Of a stretch of DNA of 64,000 bases, positions 19,295 to 30,083 are shown in pieces. The notes beneath the pieces are model-generated. The model made no database searches. It was not told the DNA's origin and saw only the letters and a list, made by a program, of their open reading frames with translations. Positions within the stretch are counted from its first letter, which is position 1. The number at the start of each line of letters is the position of its first letter. Source of the DNA: Thermotogota bacterium (GTDB lineage: Bacteria > Thermotogota > Thermotogae > Petrotogales > Petrotogaceae); the NCBI GenBank assembly GCA_051748045.1, contig JBNJGY010000002.1:23498-87497 (forward strand), written 5' to 3'. Position numbers and translations under genes: made by a program.

Positions 19295-20029
19295 TTATTC
19301 CTCTACATTAAAAAAATTTATGGCTTTCAAGAATCTATCTTTTATACTTAAACCAGTTAAATTTAAGAATCTTTCTTCATCCATACTTTCTAAATAATTC
19401 ATCGCTTCAGAATATTCTTCAAAAAGACCAACCATTATAGCAAAATATTCATTATTGCTTTGAGTGTAAGCATTCAAAACATAAACTGGTAACCCAGATT
19501 TTCTCAAAGTACTAGCAGGAATATATGCTGGTGTTTGTTCAAAATATAAATAAAGCTGAACTGCATATAATCTTTGATCTTCATCAGAACTATAATCTTC
19601 TCTGTAAAGATAATATTTTTCTTCATTGATAAAAATATAATATAAGATATCATTTTCATAAGCTTCAACAGCATTTTCTAAAAGTTTTTCTCTACTTTCA
19701 AAAATTTTAACAGCACCTTTATTATTCGTAAAAAGAGTGTTTGTTGATTTTTGGAGAAGAGAATAATAATTCAACTCTTGGAGCTCTATATTTGTATCAT
19801 TAGGTTTTATTTTTAATTGGGGCAATTCAATTTCAGATATTTCTTCATTAAAATTGTCTTTATCAGATATTTCTGTAGTAGATTCTTTGAGGTCATTGAT
19901 ATTAACCTCAAGATTTTCCATTCTTTCTTTTAAATATATAGAATAAGAGGTTAATACAAAAGCAATAAAAGGTAAAATAAACACAAATATTATTATTACG
20001 ATGAAGCCCTTGTTAGTGTTATCACTCAA
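19295..20029 (-). CDS. Bitopic membrane protein with C-terminal SPOR-like domain
   Basis: TM helix, coiled coil, then YAVQL...LRKSGLPVYV...YFAIMVGLFEEYSEAMNYL (SPOR pattern); TTG start. Confidence 0.55.
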   Translation of the reverse strand: MSDNTNKGFIVIIIFVFILPFIAFVLTSYSIYLKERMENLEVNINDLKESTTEISDKDNFNEEISEIELPQLKIKPNDTNIELQELNYYSLLQKSTNTLFTNNKGAVKIFESREKLLENAVEAYENDILYYIFINEEKYYLYREDYSSDEDQRLYAVQLYLYFEQTPAYIPASTLRKSGLPVYVLNAYTQSNNEYFAIMVGLFEEYSEAMNYLESMDEERFLNLTGLSIKDRFLKAINFFNVEE

Positions 20030-21015
20030 ATTAATTCACCTCTTATGAATATTAAAAATTCATCCAAATAATTTTTTAATTCTTGGGTTGAAATTAAAAT
20101 TTCTTTTAAATGATTTTTTGTTAGTATAATTTCTTTGAAAGATCTATTATCAGTTGATAAATCGAAATTATTAATTATTTTTTTAATATCTATTCCAATG
20201 TAATTAATGAAATTCAGAAAATTTAGAACATTTTCAATATTTTGGCCATTTAAATAGCTTAAGTAAGATATAAAAAGAAAAATTACAGCATCTATATCAA
20301 CACTATTATTTTTAAGCATATAAGTTTTGTTAAAAAGTTTATATTTCAATCTATTACCAGGAAAATTTCCAAAAGACGAAAAAATCGATAGAGAAATACT
20401 CAACCCATTTATCACAAAATTATAAAAATCAAGATTTTCATTTTTCTTAATATAATTAACACAAAGTTTTGAATATTTGCTATTACTTAGATATCCTAAA
20501 AAATAAGCATATAAAAAAGATTTTTTAGTTCTTAATTTGGAATTTTCTTTCAACAAAATTGGATCGATATATACAAAATCAGGAAATCCTTGTACTTTTA
20601 AAAAGTTTTCTTCAAAATTCATATTTAGACCAAAATCCCCATTTATATTAGGGATTATCATGCTTTCTAAAGTAGTAGGGATAAAGATTAATAATTTTTT
20701 ATTGAAGTTCACAGAATTATAAGTATAACCACATAAATTTAGTAATTCTTTCCCCCCAAAGTTTATTAAATTCGAAATCTTGTTTTTGTTAATAGTATTA
20801 GATAAGTCAAGGAATTTATCAAGAGATTTAGCTTCTTTTCCTGATCTAATGAATTTAGCATTCTTTGTTTTAAAAATGTCTCTTAGATTAGATTCTAGAA
20901 CGATTAAAGAAGAAAAATAATCTTCATATTTTTCTAAAATAATCTTTGAAATATTATCTTCTATAAAAATATTGATCTGTTTCTCAAAAGAATTAGAATA
21001 TAAAAAATTTTTCAA
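20026..21015 (-). CDS. Degenerate 3-dehydroquinate synthase (AroB)-fold protein
   Basis: SGKEAKSL, FGGKELLNLCGY, IFIPTTL, FPDFVYIDP align with AroB blocks; catalytic residues absent. Confidence 0.6.
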   Translation of the reverse strand: MKNFLYSNSFEKQINIFIEDNISKIILEKYEDYFSSLIVLESNLRDIFKTKNAKFIRSGKEAKSLDKFLDLSNTINKNKISNLINFGGKELLNLCGYTYNSVNFNKKLLIFIPTTLESMIIPNINGDFGLNMNFEENFLKVQGFPDFVYIDPILLKENSKLRTKKSFLYAYFLGYLSNSKYSKLCVNYIKKNENLDFYNFVINGLSISLSIFSSFGNFPGNRLKYKLFNKTYMLKNNSVDIDAVIFLFISYLSYLNGQNIENVLNFLNFINYIGIDIKKIINNFDLSTDNRSFKEIILTKNHLKEILISTQELKNYLDEFLIFIRGELI

Positions 21016-21026
21016 AAAAAATCACC

Positions 21027-21992
21027 TTAATCAAAAGTGGAAATAAAATTTGAAATAATTTCATTCCGACTTAAATTTGTACCGTTTTCATAAATAATTA
21101 ATTTTTTATATGATGTATGTGAGAGCATTTTACCTAAATCAACTAAATCTGTACTATTTAAATTTAATTTTCCTTCAGAGCTAATTGTATCTAAATTATT
21201 ACCTAGAGTTATTATTAAAAAGTCTGGTTCAAAATTATCAATTTCTAAAATAGCTTTTTCTAAAACTCTTTTAAAAGTTCGACCATCAGAGCCATCTTCA
21301 AGAGGAAAATTAATGTTATAACTTCTACCTTCATCTTCTCCAATTTCCCACTCATATCCTGAAGTATAAGGGAAATTGTTTATTGGGTTTATATGTATAC
21401 TAATATTTAGAACATTACTATCGTTATAAAATATTTCCTGAGTTCCATTTGCGTGATTCAAATTAAGGTTTAAAATCGCAATAAATCCATTTGTTTTGGA
21501 TTGAATATATCTTGCTGCAATAGCTGCATTGTTTAAATAGCATCCCCCACCAGCAGCACCTATACCAGCGTGTATCCCACCAGGCCTAGTTAGTGAAAAG
21601 ACAGTAGTTTCTGGATATTTTAATAGTAAATCAGCTCCTGTTAAAGCATTTTTAACTGAAATCCATGACATTTCAAAGGAGTTTGACATAATAGGAGTTT
21701 GATTATCATAAACTCTATCATAGCCAAAAACCTTTGGGAAATATTCATCTCCACTTTTAAGAGATTTAGATTTATTTTTCAACCAGAAAACATAATCTGA
21801 TTCATGAACTAGGTATAAATAAGATCTTGGAAAATCTTGAGGTTTCATGAAACTATCTTTATGACTAATAGATAAAGATTTAGCTAAACTTTCAATGCAG
21901 TCTGGATTATCATGATGTTCTACAAACTTATTATTTTCTATTTTATTTTTCGGATTGTAAAAAACATGCCTAGGATCATAAATTATTTTCAT
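21027..21992 (-). CDS. HDAC/acetylpolyamine amidohydrolase-fold protein, predicted inactive
   Basis: RPGGIHA, GGGCYLNNAAIAA, NLNHANGTQEIFY, ISIH, FPYTSG, YNINFPL. Confidence 0.85.
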   Translation of the reverse strand: MKIIYDPRHVFYNPKNKIENNKFVEHHDNPDCIESLAKSLSISHKDSFMKPQDFPRSYLYLVHESDYVFWLKNKSKSLKSGDEYFPKVFGYDRVYDNQTPIMSNSFEMSWISVKNALTGADLLLKYPETTVFSLTRPGGIHAGIGAAGGGCYLNNAAIAARYIQSKTNGFIAILNLNLNHANGTQEIFYNDSNVLNISIHINPINNFPYTSGYEWEIGEDEGRSYNINFPLEDGSDGRTFKRVLEKAILEIDNFEPDFLIITLGNNLDTISSEGKLNLNSTDLVDLGKMLSHTSYKKLIIYENGTNLSRNEIISNFISTFD

Positions 21993-22435
21993 AATTTGTC
22001 CTCCATAGAGCTTATTTTATCGACTCTTCTTTTATGTCTTCCTCCCTCAAACTCTGTTTCAAGAAAACTATCTATAATCCATTCAGCAAGATCAGGCCCT
22101 GTTAATCTTCCGGCCATAACTAAAATATTCGCATTGTTATGTTTCTTTGCATATTCTGCCATAGTAGGATATAAGCATAAAGCTCCTCTTATACCTTTTA
22201 CTTTATTTACAGCTATTGACATACCTAGACCAGTACCACACATTGCAATACCTATATCAGATTCTTTTTTAGATACATGTTCACCTATTTTTTTAGCATA
22301 ATCAGGATAATCTGTACTTTCTTTATCATGAGTACCTAGGTCTATAACCTCTATATTATCTTTTTTTTGTAAATAAGTTTTAATATGTTCTTTTAATTCA
22401 AAAGAAGCATGATCAGAACCTAAAGAAATTTTCAT
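21989..22435 (-). CDS. rpiB: Ribose-5-phosphate isomerase B
   Basis: GSDHA, DYPD, CGTGLGMSIAVNK, HNNAN, FEGGRH. Confidence 0.95.
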   Translation of the reverse strand: MKISLGSDHASFELKEHIKTYLQKKDNIEVIDLGTHDKESTDYPDYAKKIGEHVSKKESDIGIAMCGTGLGMSIAVNKVKGIRGALCLYPTMAEYAKKHNNANILVMAGRLTGPDLAEWIIDSFLETEFEGGRHKRRVDKISSMEDKL

Positions 22436-22460
22436 AAAAATCCCCCTATTAAATCTTTTT

Positions 22461-22748
22461 TTAAGATATATGCATTAATTTTGATAAACCTACCATATCA
22501 AAAAGTTCTTTCATATTTTTATCTAAATTTATAATTTCTAATGATCCGCTTTTACTTTGTAAATCTTTGTGAATAGAGATTAAAACACCTATACCAGATG
22601 AATCCAAATAACTTACTTCACTGAAATCAAGTATTATATTATTACTATTTATTTTTTGTATTTCTTTTTTTAATGTTTTAGAGTTGTTTAAATCAATTTC
22701 ACCTTTAATTTTCACTAAGTTATTTTTTTTATCTAAATATATTTCCAT
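22461..22748 (-). CDS. STAS-domain anti-sigma factor antagonist
   Basis: GEID, LDFSEVSYLDSSGIGVL with the conserved phospho-acceptor Ser. Confidence 0.9.
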   Translation of the reverse strand: MEIYLDKKNNLVKIKGEIDLNNSKTLKKEIQKINSNNIILDFSEVSYLDSSGIGVLISIHKDLQSKSGSLEIINLDKNMKELFDMVGLSKLMHIS

Positions 22749-22761
22749 TTTACCCACCCCT

Positions 22762-23379
22762 TCACATGGTTCTTATCAAACCGACCATTTTTCCTTGAAT
22801 TTTTAAATCCTTTGGATTTACTTCGATAACATCCATTTCTTTATTTTCTGGAATTAAATGTATTAAATCATCACTAATTTTTTTAAATGTTTTTAAAGTT
22901 GCAAAATTATTTTCTATTAAAGCAACAATAATATCTCCATCTTCAGCGTAAGTTTGTTTTTTAATGATAACATGATCTCCAGTTTTAATATGGGCTTCAA
23001 TCATGGAATTCCCATCAACCATTAAAGCGAAATATTCATTATTTTTTGGGAAATAGTTTACTGGTAAAGGAACTCTATCAATAATTTCTTCCACGGCTTC
23101 AATTGCTGCACCAGCTGCAATTGTACCTATTACAGGAACAAGAGTTTCTCTGGTGAAAACTTCACCAGACTTTTCAGTTAACTTTATTCCTCTTGAAACA
23201 CCTTTTCTTTCTATATAACCTTTTTCTTCCAAAGTAATTAAATGTTTATGGGCTGCTCTTGGACTTTTAAAACCAAAATGTTTCATTATATCCCTAACAC
23301 TTGGTGCATAACTATTTTCTTCCATGTATTCTTTTACGTACTGTAGTATTTGGGATTGCCTATTTGTCAATTCTTTCAT
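22762..23379 (-). CDS. lexA: SOS repressor LexA
   Basis: LTNRQ wHTH, PSVRDI, IAAG cleavage site, GNSM catalytic Ser, TLK catalytic Lys. Confidence 0.95.
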   Translation of the reverse strand: MKELTNRQSQILQYVKEYMEENSYAPSVRDIMKHFGFKSPRAAHKHLITLEEKGYIERKGVSRGIKLTEKSGEVFTRETLVPVIGTIAAGAAIEAVEEIIDRVPLPVNYFPKNNEYFALMVDGNSMIEAHIKTGDHVIIKKQTYAEDGDIIVALIENNFATLKTFKKISDDLIHLIPENKEMDVIEVNPKDLKIQGKMVGLIRTM

Positions 23380-23393
23380 TTAAAATATCCCCC

Positions 23394-25865
23394 TTAGTTT
23401 TCCTCTTCATCTACTTTTACTACTATCATACCAACAACTTCGTCATCTGCAGATAGTCTAACTGTTATAACTCCTTGTGTTACTCTATTTAAAACGCTTA
23501 TATTATCTATAGTGGTTCTAATAGCTTTTCCGTTTTTAGTGAAAATTAGAATATCTGAGCCATCATGAATCGATAATGCTGTAACGATATTACCAATTTT
23601 TGAGATATCTCTTACAGTCTTTATACCTACTCCGCCACGATTTTGCCTTCTGTAAGAAGAGAATTTTGTTCTTTTTCCATAACCTTTTCTAGTGATAATC
23701 ATAAGTTTTTTATCATGTTCAACTAAAACCGCATTAACCACTTCATCATTCTTTCTTAATTTTATAGAGTTAACCCCTGCTGCTCCTCGACCCATGTTTC
23801 TAACATCTTCAGAATTGAATCTCAAAGACATACCATTTTTAGTAACTAATAAAACGTCATCTTCAGTGCTGTTTAATACTAAAGCATCAACAACCATGTC
23901 ATCATCTCTAAGATTAATAGCTCTTATACCTTTTGTTCTAGCGTTTGCAAATTCTGCTAAAGAAGTTTTTTTAACTTTACCATTTTTAGTAAAGATCATT
24001 ACATCTTTTTCATAATCTCCTTTAAGAGAAACAGTTGTAATTGCTTTTATAGTTTCATCTTCAGTTAATCCTAAATAATTGGCTATGTGTTTGCCTTTTG
24101 TTGTTTTTTGAGACATATCAATTTCATAAGCTGGTAGTTGATATGCTTTACCTGCAGAGGTTATCAGCATAAGCTTTGACAATCGATTTGTGTATAGAAT
24201 TTCTAATACACTATCATTATCTGAGATCTTTAACCCTTTAACACCTTTTCCTCCTCTTCCTTGAGCTTTATATTGAGAAGAAGGAATAGCTTTTATATAA
24301 CCCCATTTTGTCAAAACAATAATTATATCTTCGTCTTCTATTAATTCTTCGTATTTTTTTAAATTAGATTTATGTTTGAGGATAACAGTCCTTCTTTCAT
24401 CTCCAAACTTCTTCTTTATTTCATCTAACTCATCTTTAATAATATCGTTTAATACACTTTTATTTTGAAGAATATTATTACAGAAACTAATTTTTTCTGT
24501 TAGATTTTTTAACTCATCTGTCAATTTATTAGTTTCTAATCTTGAAAGGCTGATAAGTCTCATTTCTGAAATAGCTTTTGCTTGTTCTTCTGTTACATCT
24601 ATAGTAGATTGTAAATTTTTTAAAGCATCATCTACACCATCAGAATTTCTTATTATTTCTATAACTGTATCAATCCCATCAACAGCTTTAATTAAACCTT
24701 CAACAATATGAGCTCTTCTTTTTGCTTTTTGAAGTTCATATTCAGTTCTTTTTGTTATAACATCTACTCTGTGTTCAAGGAAAGCTTCTATTAACCCTTT
24801 TAAATTCATTAAAGATGGTTTACCTTTATTGATAACATTCATTTGAACTGAAAAAGATGTTTGAAGTGAAGTATGTTTTAAAAGATCATTTATAAGTCTT
24901 TTTATGTTGGCATTTCTTTTTAATTCAATAACTAATCTCATACCTCTTTTATCTGTTTCATCTCTTACATCTTTAATGCCTGAATCTTTTTTGTTTTCTT
25001 TTTTTCTTACAGCATAAGCAACTATTTGGTCTATAATATCTACTTTTGAAACAGCATATGGAATTTCAGAAACAACTATTGCAGAACCATTATCGTTTTC
25101 TTCAATTTCATATTTCGACCTTATAGTTACTTTACCTCTACCCTTATCAAACATTTCTTCAATGTTTTCTCCATCTACAATAGTTCCGCCTGTAGGGAAA
25201 TCTGGACCTTTAATATATTCCATTAAATCGGTTGTTTCAGCATCTGGATTATCTATTACATATTTAATCCCATCAACTAATTCTGATAAATTGTGAGGTG
25301 GAATGTTAGTAGCCATACCAACAGCGATTCCTGAAACACCATTCATTAAGAGTGTAGGTAATCTAGTTGGCAAAACAACAGGTTCTTTTAGTGAACCATC
25401 AAAATTATCTATATAATCAACTGTATTTTTATCAATATCTTTAAGAATGTATTCGGAAGCCTCATACATTCTTGCTTCTGTATACCTCATAGCAGCTGCA
25501 GGATCTCTATCAATAGAACCAAAGTTTCCTTGTCCGTTTACTAGCATATACCTCATAGAAAAAGGTTGTGCCATTCTAACCAACGCATCATATATTGAGG
25601 AGTCGCCATGAGGATGGTATTTACCCATTACTTCTCCAATTATACGAGCTGACTTTTTAAAACTTGATGTATGTTTAAGACCTAATTCATTCATAGAATA
25701 TAAAATTCTTCTTTGAACAGGTTTAAGACCATCTCTGGCATCTGGTATAGCTCTACTAACTATAACAGAAAGAGAATAAAGAAGATAAGAAGTTCTAAGT
25801 TCATCCACGAATCTTTGATCTTCATGACCACTATGTATTATTTTTTCATTATTATCTTCGCTCAC
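23394..25865 (-). CDS. gyrA: DNA gyrase subunit A
   Basis: [23 protein letters not shown], GyrA-box QGRGGKG; GTG start. Confidence 0.97.
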   Translation of the reverse strand: MSEDNNEKIIHSGHEDQRFVDELRTSYLLYSLSVIVSRAIPDARDGLKPVQRRILYSMNELGLKHTSSFKKSARIIGEVMGKYHPHGDSSIYDALVRMAQPFSMRYMLVNGQGNFGSIDRDPAAAMRYTEARMYEASEYILKDIDKNTVDYIDNFDGSLKEPVVLPTRLPTLLMNGVSGIAVGMATNIPPHNLSELVDGIKYVIDNPDAETTDLMEYIKGPDFPTGGTIVDGENIEEMFDKGRGKVTIRSKYEIEENDNGSAIVVSEIPYAVSKVDIIDQIVAYAVRKKENKKDSGIKDVRDETDKRGMRLVIELKRNANIKRLINDLLKHTSLQTSFSVQMNVINKGKPSLMNLKGLIEAFLEHRVDVITKRTEYELQKAKRRAHIVEGLIKAVDGIDTVIEIIRNSDGVDDALKNLQSTIDVTEEQAKAISEMRLISLSRLETNKLTDELKNLTEKISFCNNILQNKSVLNDIIKDELDEIKKKFGDERRTVILKHKSNLKKYEELIEDEDIIIVLTKWGYIKAIPSSQYKAQGRGGKGVKGLKISDNDSVLEILYTNRLSKLMLITSAGKAYQLPAYEIDMSQKTTKGKHIANYLGLTEDETIKAITTVSLKGDYEKDVMIFTKNGKVKKTSLAEFANARTKGIRAINLRDDDMVVDALVLNSTEDDVLLVTKNGMSLRFNSEDVRNMGRGAAGVNSIKLRKNDEVVNAVLVEHDKKLMIITRKGYGKRTKFSSYRRQNRGGVGIKTVRDISKIGNIVTALSIHDGSDILIFTKNGKAIRTTIDNISVLNRVTQGVITVRLSADDEVVGMIVVKVDEEEN

Positions 25866-25879
25866 AGAAATACCTCCAT

Positions 25880-27805
25880 TTAAGAAACTCTAAGTCCTGG
25901 TTCAATGTCTCTATCTACAGTTAAAACTGTTAGATTTTCTTCATTCTTTGCTGCTAATAACATACCTTGAGATTCAATACCCATTAATTTTGCTGGTTTT
26001 AAGTTAGCAACAATAACAATTTTTTTCCCTACTAAATCTTCTGGAGAGTAATGTTTTTTAATTCCAGCTACAATTTGTCTTTTGCCTAAATCACCAACAT
26101 CTAGTTGTAATTTCAATAATTTGTTTGATTTAACAACATCTTCTGCTTCGACAATTTCAGCTACCCTTAGATCAACTTTTGTAAAATCCGGAAATTCAAT
26201 TAATTCAACTACATTTTCTTCTGACACTTTCTTTTCCTCCTCTTTTTTCATAACAATAACTTTTTCCCAATCATTTAAATCTATTCTTTGGAAAACAGGA
26301 TCCCCTGTTGTTGTTTTTTGACTTGATTTTAATTTGTTTAGCCCTAAATTATTTTCATTAATATGAGTTTCATTATATCCTAATTTCTCTACAATTTTAA
26401 CTGAACTATCAGGCATAACTGGATAAATCATTATAGCAATATTTCTTATAGATTCTAAAAGATTGTATAAAACAGTCGAAAGTCTGTCTTTTTTTGATTC
26501 ATCTTTGCCTAAAATCCAAGGTTCAGTTAAGTCAATATATTTATTCGAAAATCTTACAATTTCCCATAATTTTTCTAAGGCCTGTGTAAATTTAAGATCA
26601 TCCATATTCTTTAAAAATTCATCAGTGTTTTGCTTAACAATATTATATAATTTTTCATCCACTTCTGCTTCTACTTTTTTCTCAGGAATAATACCATCAA
26701 AGTATTTAGAAAGCATAGAAAGAGTTCTATGTACTAAGTTTGATAGATCATTAGCTAAGTCTGAATTATATCTTGTAATTAAATTATCTTCAGAAAAATC
26801 TCCATCTCTACCAAAATTAATATCCCTCATTAAATAGTATCTAACAGCGTCTTTTGTATAAGCATCCATTAATAATCTAGGATCAATAGCATTTCCTAAA
26901 GATTTAGATATTTTTTCACCATTAACTGTTAACCAGCCATGAGCAAAAACTTTTTTTGGCAATTCAATTTCTATTGACATAAGCATAGCAGGCCATATTA
27001 TTGAATGAAATCTATTTATTTCTTTTCCTATCAAATGTAAATCAGCTGGCCAAAAATTTTTAAAATTCTCACCATTATGAGTATAACCTAAAGCACTTAT
27101 ATAATTTATCAATGCATCTACCCAAACATAAACAACATGTTCTGGATCATCTTTAAGAGGTACTCCCCAATCAAAAGTTGTTCTTGTAATTGATAGATCT
27201 CTTAACCCAGATTTTAATATTTGATACATTTCGTTTCTTCTAAAATCAGGTTGAATAAATTCAGGGTTTTCATCATAAAGTTTTAATAATGATTCATTAT
27301 ATTTAGAAAGTTTGAAGAAATAATTTTCTTCTTCAACCCATTTTAATTCTCTCCCACACTCAGGACAAACTTTTTCTCCATCTTTTTCTTGTATATCATC
27401 ATCAGAGAAAAAGGACTCATCTGGTATGCAATACCAACCTTCATATTTCCCTTTATATATGTCGCCTTTGTTTTTCATTTTTTGAACTACATCTTGTACA
27501 GTTTCTTCATGTTCTTTATCAGTAGTTCTAACAAAATAATCATGAGTTAATCCCATATCTTCCCAAAGAGTTTTAAATTTGTTAGAAAGATCATCAACTA
27601 GTTCTTTTGGAGTGATGCCTTTTTCTGTAGCAGATTGCATGATTTTTTGGCCATGTTCATCTGTGCCAGTCAAAAAGAAAACATCAAAATTCCTCATTCT
27701 TTTGTATCTAGCTACAATATCAGCAACTATTGTTGTGTATGCTGAACCTATATGAGGTTCAGAATTTACGTAATATATAGGCGTTGTTACATAATACTTT
27801 TCCAT
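25880..27805 (-). CDS. metG: Methionine--tRNA ligase with C-terminal tRNA-binding OB domain
   Basis: [40 protein letters not shown]. Confidence 0.97.
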   Translation of the reverse strand: MEKYYVTTPIYYVNSEPHIGSAYTTIVADIVARYKRMRNFDVFFLTGTDEHGQKIMQSATEKGITPKELVDDLSNKFKTLWEDMGLTHDYFVRTTDKEHEETVQDVVQKMKNKGDIYKGKYEGWYCIPDESFFSDDDIQEKDGEKVCPECGRELKWVEEENYFFKLSKYNESLLKLYDENPEFIQPDFRRNEMYQILKSGLRDLSITRTTFDWGVPLKDDPEHVVYVWVDALINYISALGYTHNGENFKNFWPADLHLIGKEINRFHSIIWPAMLMSIEIELPKKVFAHGWLTVNGEKISKSLGNAIDPRLLMDAYTKDAVRYYLMRDINFGRDGDFSEDNLITRYNSDLANDLSNLVHRTLSMLSKYFDGIIPEKKVEAEVDEKLYNIVKQNTDEFLKNMDDLKFTQALEKLWEIVRFSNKYIDLTEPWILGKDESKKDRLSTVLYNLLESIRNIAIMIYPVMPDSSVKIVEKLGYNETHINENNLGLNKLKSSQKTTTGDPVFQRIDLNDWEKVIVMKKEEEKKVSEENVVELIEFPDFTKVDLRVAEIVEAEDVVKSNKLLKLQLDVGDLGKRQIVAGIKKHYSPEDLVGKKIVIVANLKPAKLMGIESQGMLLAAKNEENLTVLTVDRDIEPGLRVS

Positions 27806-28013
27806 TTGAGCACCTCCGTTATCTTTTCAAATATAATTATACCATAAATGATGGTATTCATAAATGTACTTAAACATCTTTTAATGCTTTTATCATAGAT
27901 AATTTGACTAAAATAGAAGAATTCATATTTTTATACATATTTTAATATATTTTTTAATTATTTAAACTTCTATATGATATAATTACGTGATAATAAAATA
28001 TGGAGGTTTTACG

Positions 28014-29753
28014 ATGAAATTCTCAAATTTATACGCACCTACATTAAAAGAAACTCCTGCTGATTCTGATACAAAAAGTCAGGAACTTTTAATAAGAGGT
28101 GGATTCATAAGAAAGGCAGCCTCAGGAATATATTCATATCTACCCCTAGGTTGGAAAGTTGTTAGAAAAATAGAGAAAATTGTAATTGAAGAAATGGAAA
28201 AGATTGGCGCGCAAGAAATGCTTCTTCCGGTAATCCAATCATCAGAAATATGGAAAGAATCAGAAAGATGGTATGATTATGGTCCTGAGATGATGAAATT
28301 TGAAGATAGACATGGAAGAGAATTTGCACTCGGACCAACACATGAGGAAATGATAACTTCAACAATAAAAAACGAATTAAATTCATATAAACAATTGCCT
28401 ATGAACTTATATCAAATAACAACAAAATACAGAGATGAAATAAGACCTAGATTTGGTGTTTTAAGAGCCAGAGAATTCATAATGAAAGATGGATATAGCT
28501 TTCATAAAACTGATTTATCATTAGACAAAACTTATAGAGATTATTATAGAGCTTATGAAAAGATTTTAAACAGGATGAAAGCTAAATATGTAGTTGTTAA
28601 AGCAGATAATGGGGCTATGGGAGGAAACGAATCTCATGAATTTCAAATCTTAGCAGAAAATGGCGAATCAGTAATAGTTTATTGTGATGAATGTAATTAT
28701 TCAGCAACTATAGAAAAAGCCACTTCAAATCAAAAATTTGAATATCTTGAAGAAGAACTAAAAGATAAAGAAATAATAGATACTCCTAATGTTAAAACTA
28801 TAGATGAAATATCAGAATTTTTAAATGTTTCAAAAGAAAGAATAGTTAAATCAATAATTTTAAAAGGTAAAGAAGAAAAAATTCTTGCGTTAGTTAGAGG
28901 AGATCAATCAATAAACATCTCAAAAATGAGGAATGTAGTAAAAGATCAGACTTTGGAAATGCTTGAACCTGAAGAAGTAAAAAAAGAGTATGGTGTAGAA
29001 ACTGGATTTATAGGACCAGTTGATATAAAAGATGTAAAAATAATTGCAGACAAATCTCTCGAAGGTATTAAAAATTTTGTGGTTGGAGCAATGAAAAAAG
29101 ATTTTCATATTATAAACGTAAATATAGATAGAGATTTTAAAGTTTCTAAATATGCAGATATAAGAGAAGTAAAACCAGGAGAAAAATGTCCTTCTTGTAA
29201 TTCTGATTTGAAATTCAAAAAAGGAATTGAGGTAGGACAAGTTTTCAAATTGGGAACAAAATATTCGGAGAAATTAAACGCAACATTCACAGACCAAGAT
29301 GGTAAAAATAAACCATTTATAATGGGGTGCTATGGTTGGGGTGTTTCAAGGACATTAGGTGCTGTTGTAGAACAATTTCATGATGATAATGGAATGATCT
29401 GGCCTGTTAGTTTAGCTCCTTTTGAAGTAGAAGTAGTACAAGTTACTGACAAAGATGAAAATGTTGTAGAAACATCAAATAATATATACAATATGCTAAA
29501 AGAAAAATATGATGTAGTACTAGACGACAGAAAAGTTTCAGCTGGTTTTAAATTCAAAGATAGTGATTTGATAGGAATCCCTTTAAAAATTGTAGTAGGT
29601 AAAACTTTAAAAGAAGGAAAAGTAGAATTAAAATTAAGAGGACAAAGAAATGGAGAACTTATTAATATAGAAAACCCAGAAATATTAGAAGAAAAGATAG
29701 CTGAAAAACTTAAGGAATATGAAGAATACATAGAGAAATTTGATGAAAAATAA
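28014..29753 (+). CDS. proS: Proline--tRNA ligase (bacterial type with INS editing domain)
   Basis: [42 protein letters not shown] before ATG 28014. Confidence 0.97.
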   Translation: MKFSNLYAPTLKETPADSDTKSQELLIRGGFIRKAASGIYSYLPLGWKVVRKIEKIVIEEMEKIGAQEMLLPVIQSSEIWKESERWYDYGPEMMKFEDRHGREFALGPTHEEMITSTIKNELNSYKQLPMNLYQITTKYRDEIRPRFGVLRAREFIMKDGYSFHKTDLSLDKTYRDYYRAYEKILNRMKAKYVVVKADNGAMGGNESHEFQILAENGESVIVYCDECNYSATIEKATSNQKFEYLEEELKDKEIIDTPNVKTIDEISEFLNVSKERIVKSIILKGKEEKILALVRGDQSINISKMRNVVKDQTLEMLEPEEVKKEYGVETGFIGPVDIKDVKIIADKSLEGIKNFVVGAMKKDFHIINVNIDRDFKVSKYADIREVKPGEKCPSCNSDLKFKKGIEVGQVFKLGTKYSEKLNATFTDQDGKNKPFIMGCYGWGVSRTLGAVVEQFHDDNGMIWPVSLAPFEVEVVQVTDKDENVVETSNNIYNMLKEKYDVVLDDRKVSAGFKFKDSDLIGIPLKIVVGKTLKEGKVELKLRGQRNGELINIENPEILEEKIAEKLKEYEEYIEKFDEK

Positions 29754-29787
29754 ATTCTTATGTTCATGAAGAATTATTTAAAATGTC

Positions 29788-29816
29788 TTGACAGAATAAA
29801 ACAAGCATGATATAAT
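29788..29816 (+). promoter_or_regulatory. Consensus sigma70 promoter of the tRNA-Ser/Arg pair
   Basis: TTGACA-17 nt-TATAAT with extended -10 TG. Confidence 0.85.
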
Positions 29817-29840
29817 AATTTCAGTCATTAAATTGTTGAC

Positions 29841-29934
<94 letters not shown>

Positions 29935-29956
29935 TTTTTTATCAATTTTTAGAATA

Positions 29957-30033
29957 GTACCCGTGGCTCAACTGGATAGAGCATTGGACTGCGGATCCGA
30001 AGATTGCCGGTTCAAATCCGGCCGGGTACGCCA
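29957..30033 (+). tRNA. tRNA-Arg(GCG)
   Basis: GTACCCG acceptor stem, anticodon arm TTGGA-CTGCGGA-TCCGA, TTCAAAT, encoded CCA. Confidence 0.95.
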
Positions 30034-30037
30034 AAAT

Positions 30038-30072
30038 AAAAAGACAGAGTTTAATTAAACTCTGTCTTTTTT
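30038..30072. terminator. Bidirectional terminator (tRNAs / NCS2 permease)
   Basis: AAAAAGACAGAGTTTA / TAAACTCTGTCTTTTT inverted repeat. Confidence 0.85.
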
Positions 30073-30083
30073 AAAGAAAATTA

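Noticed and set aside
27806-28013. Possible T-box leaders for divergent metG and proS
   Set aside because: No GGTGGNACCGCG T-box or GC-rich stem; the region is short and AT-rich
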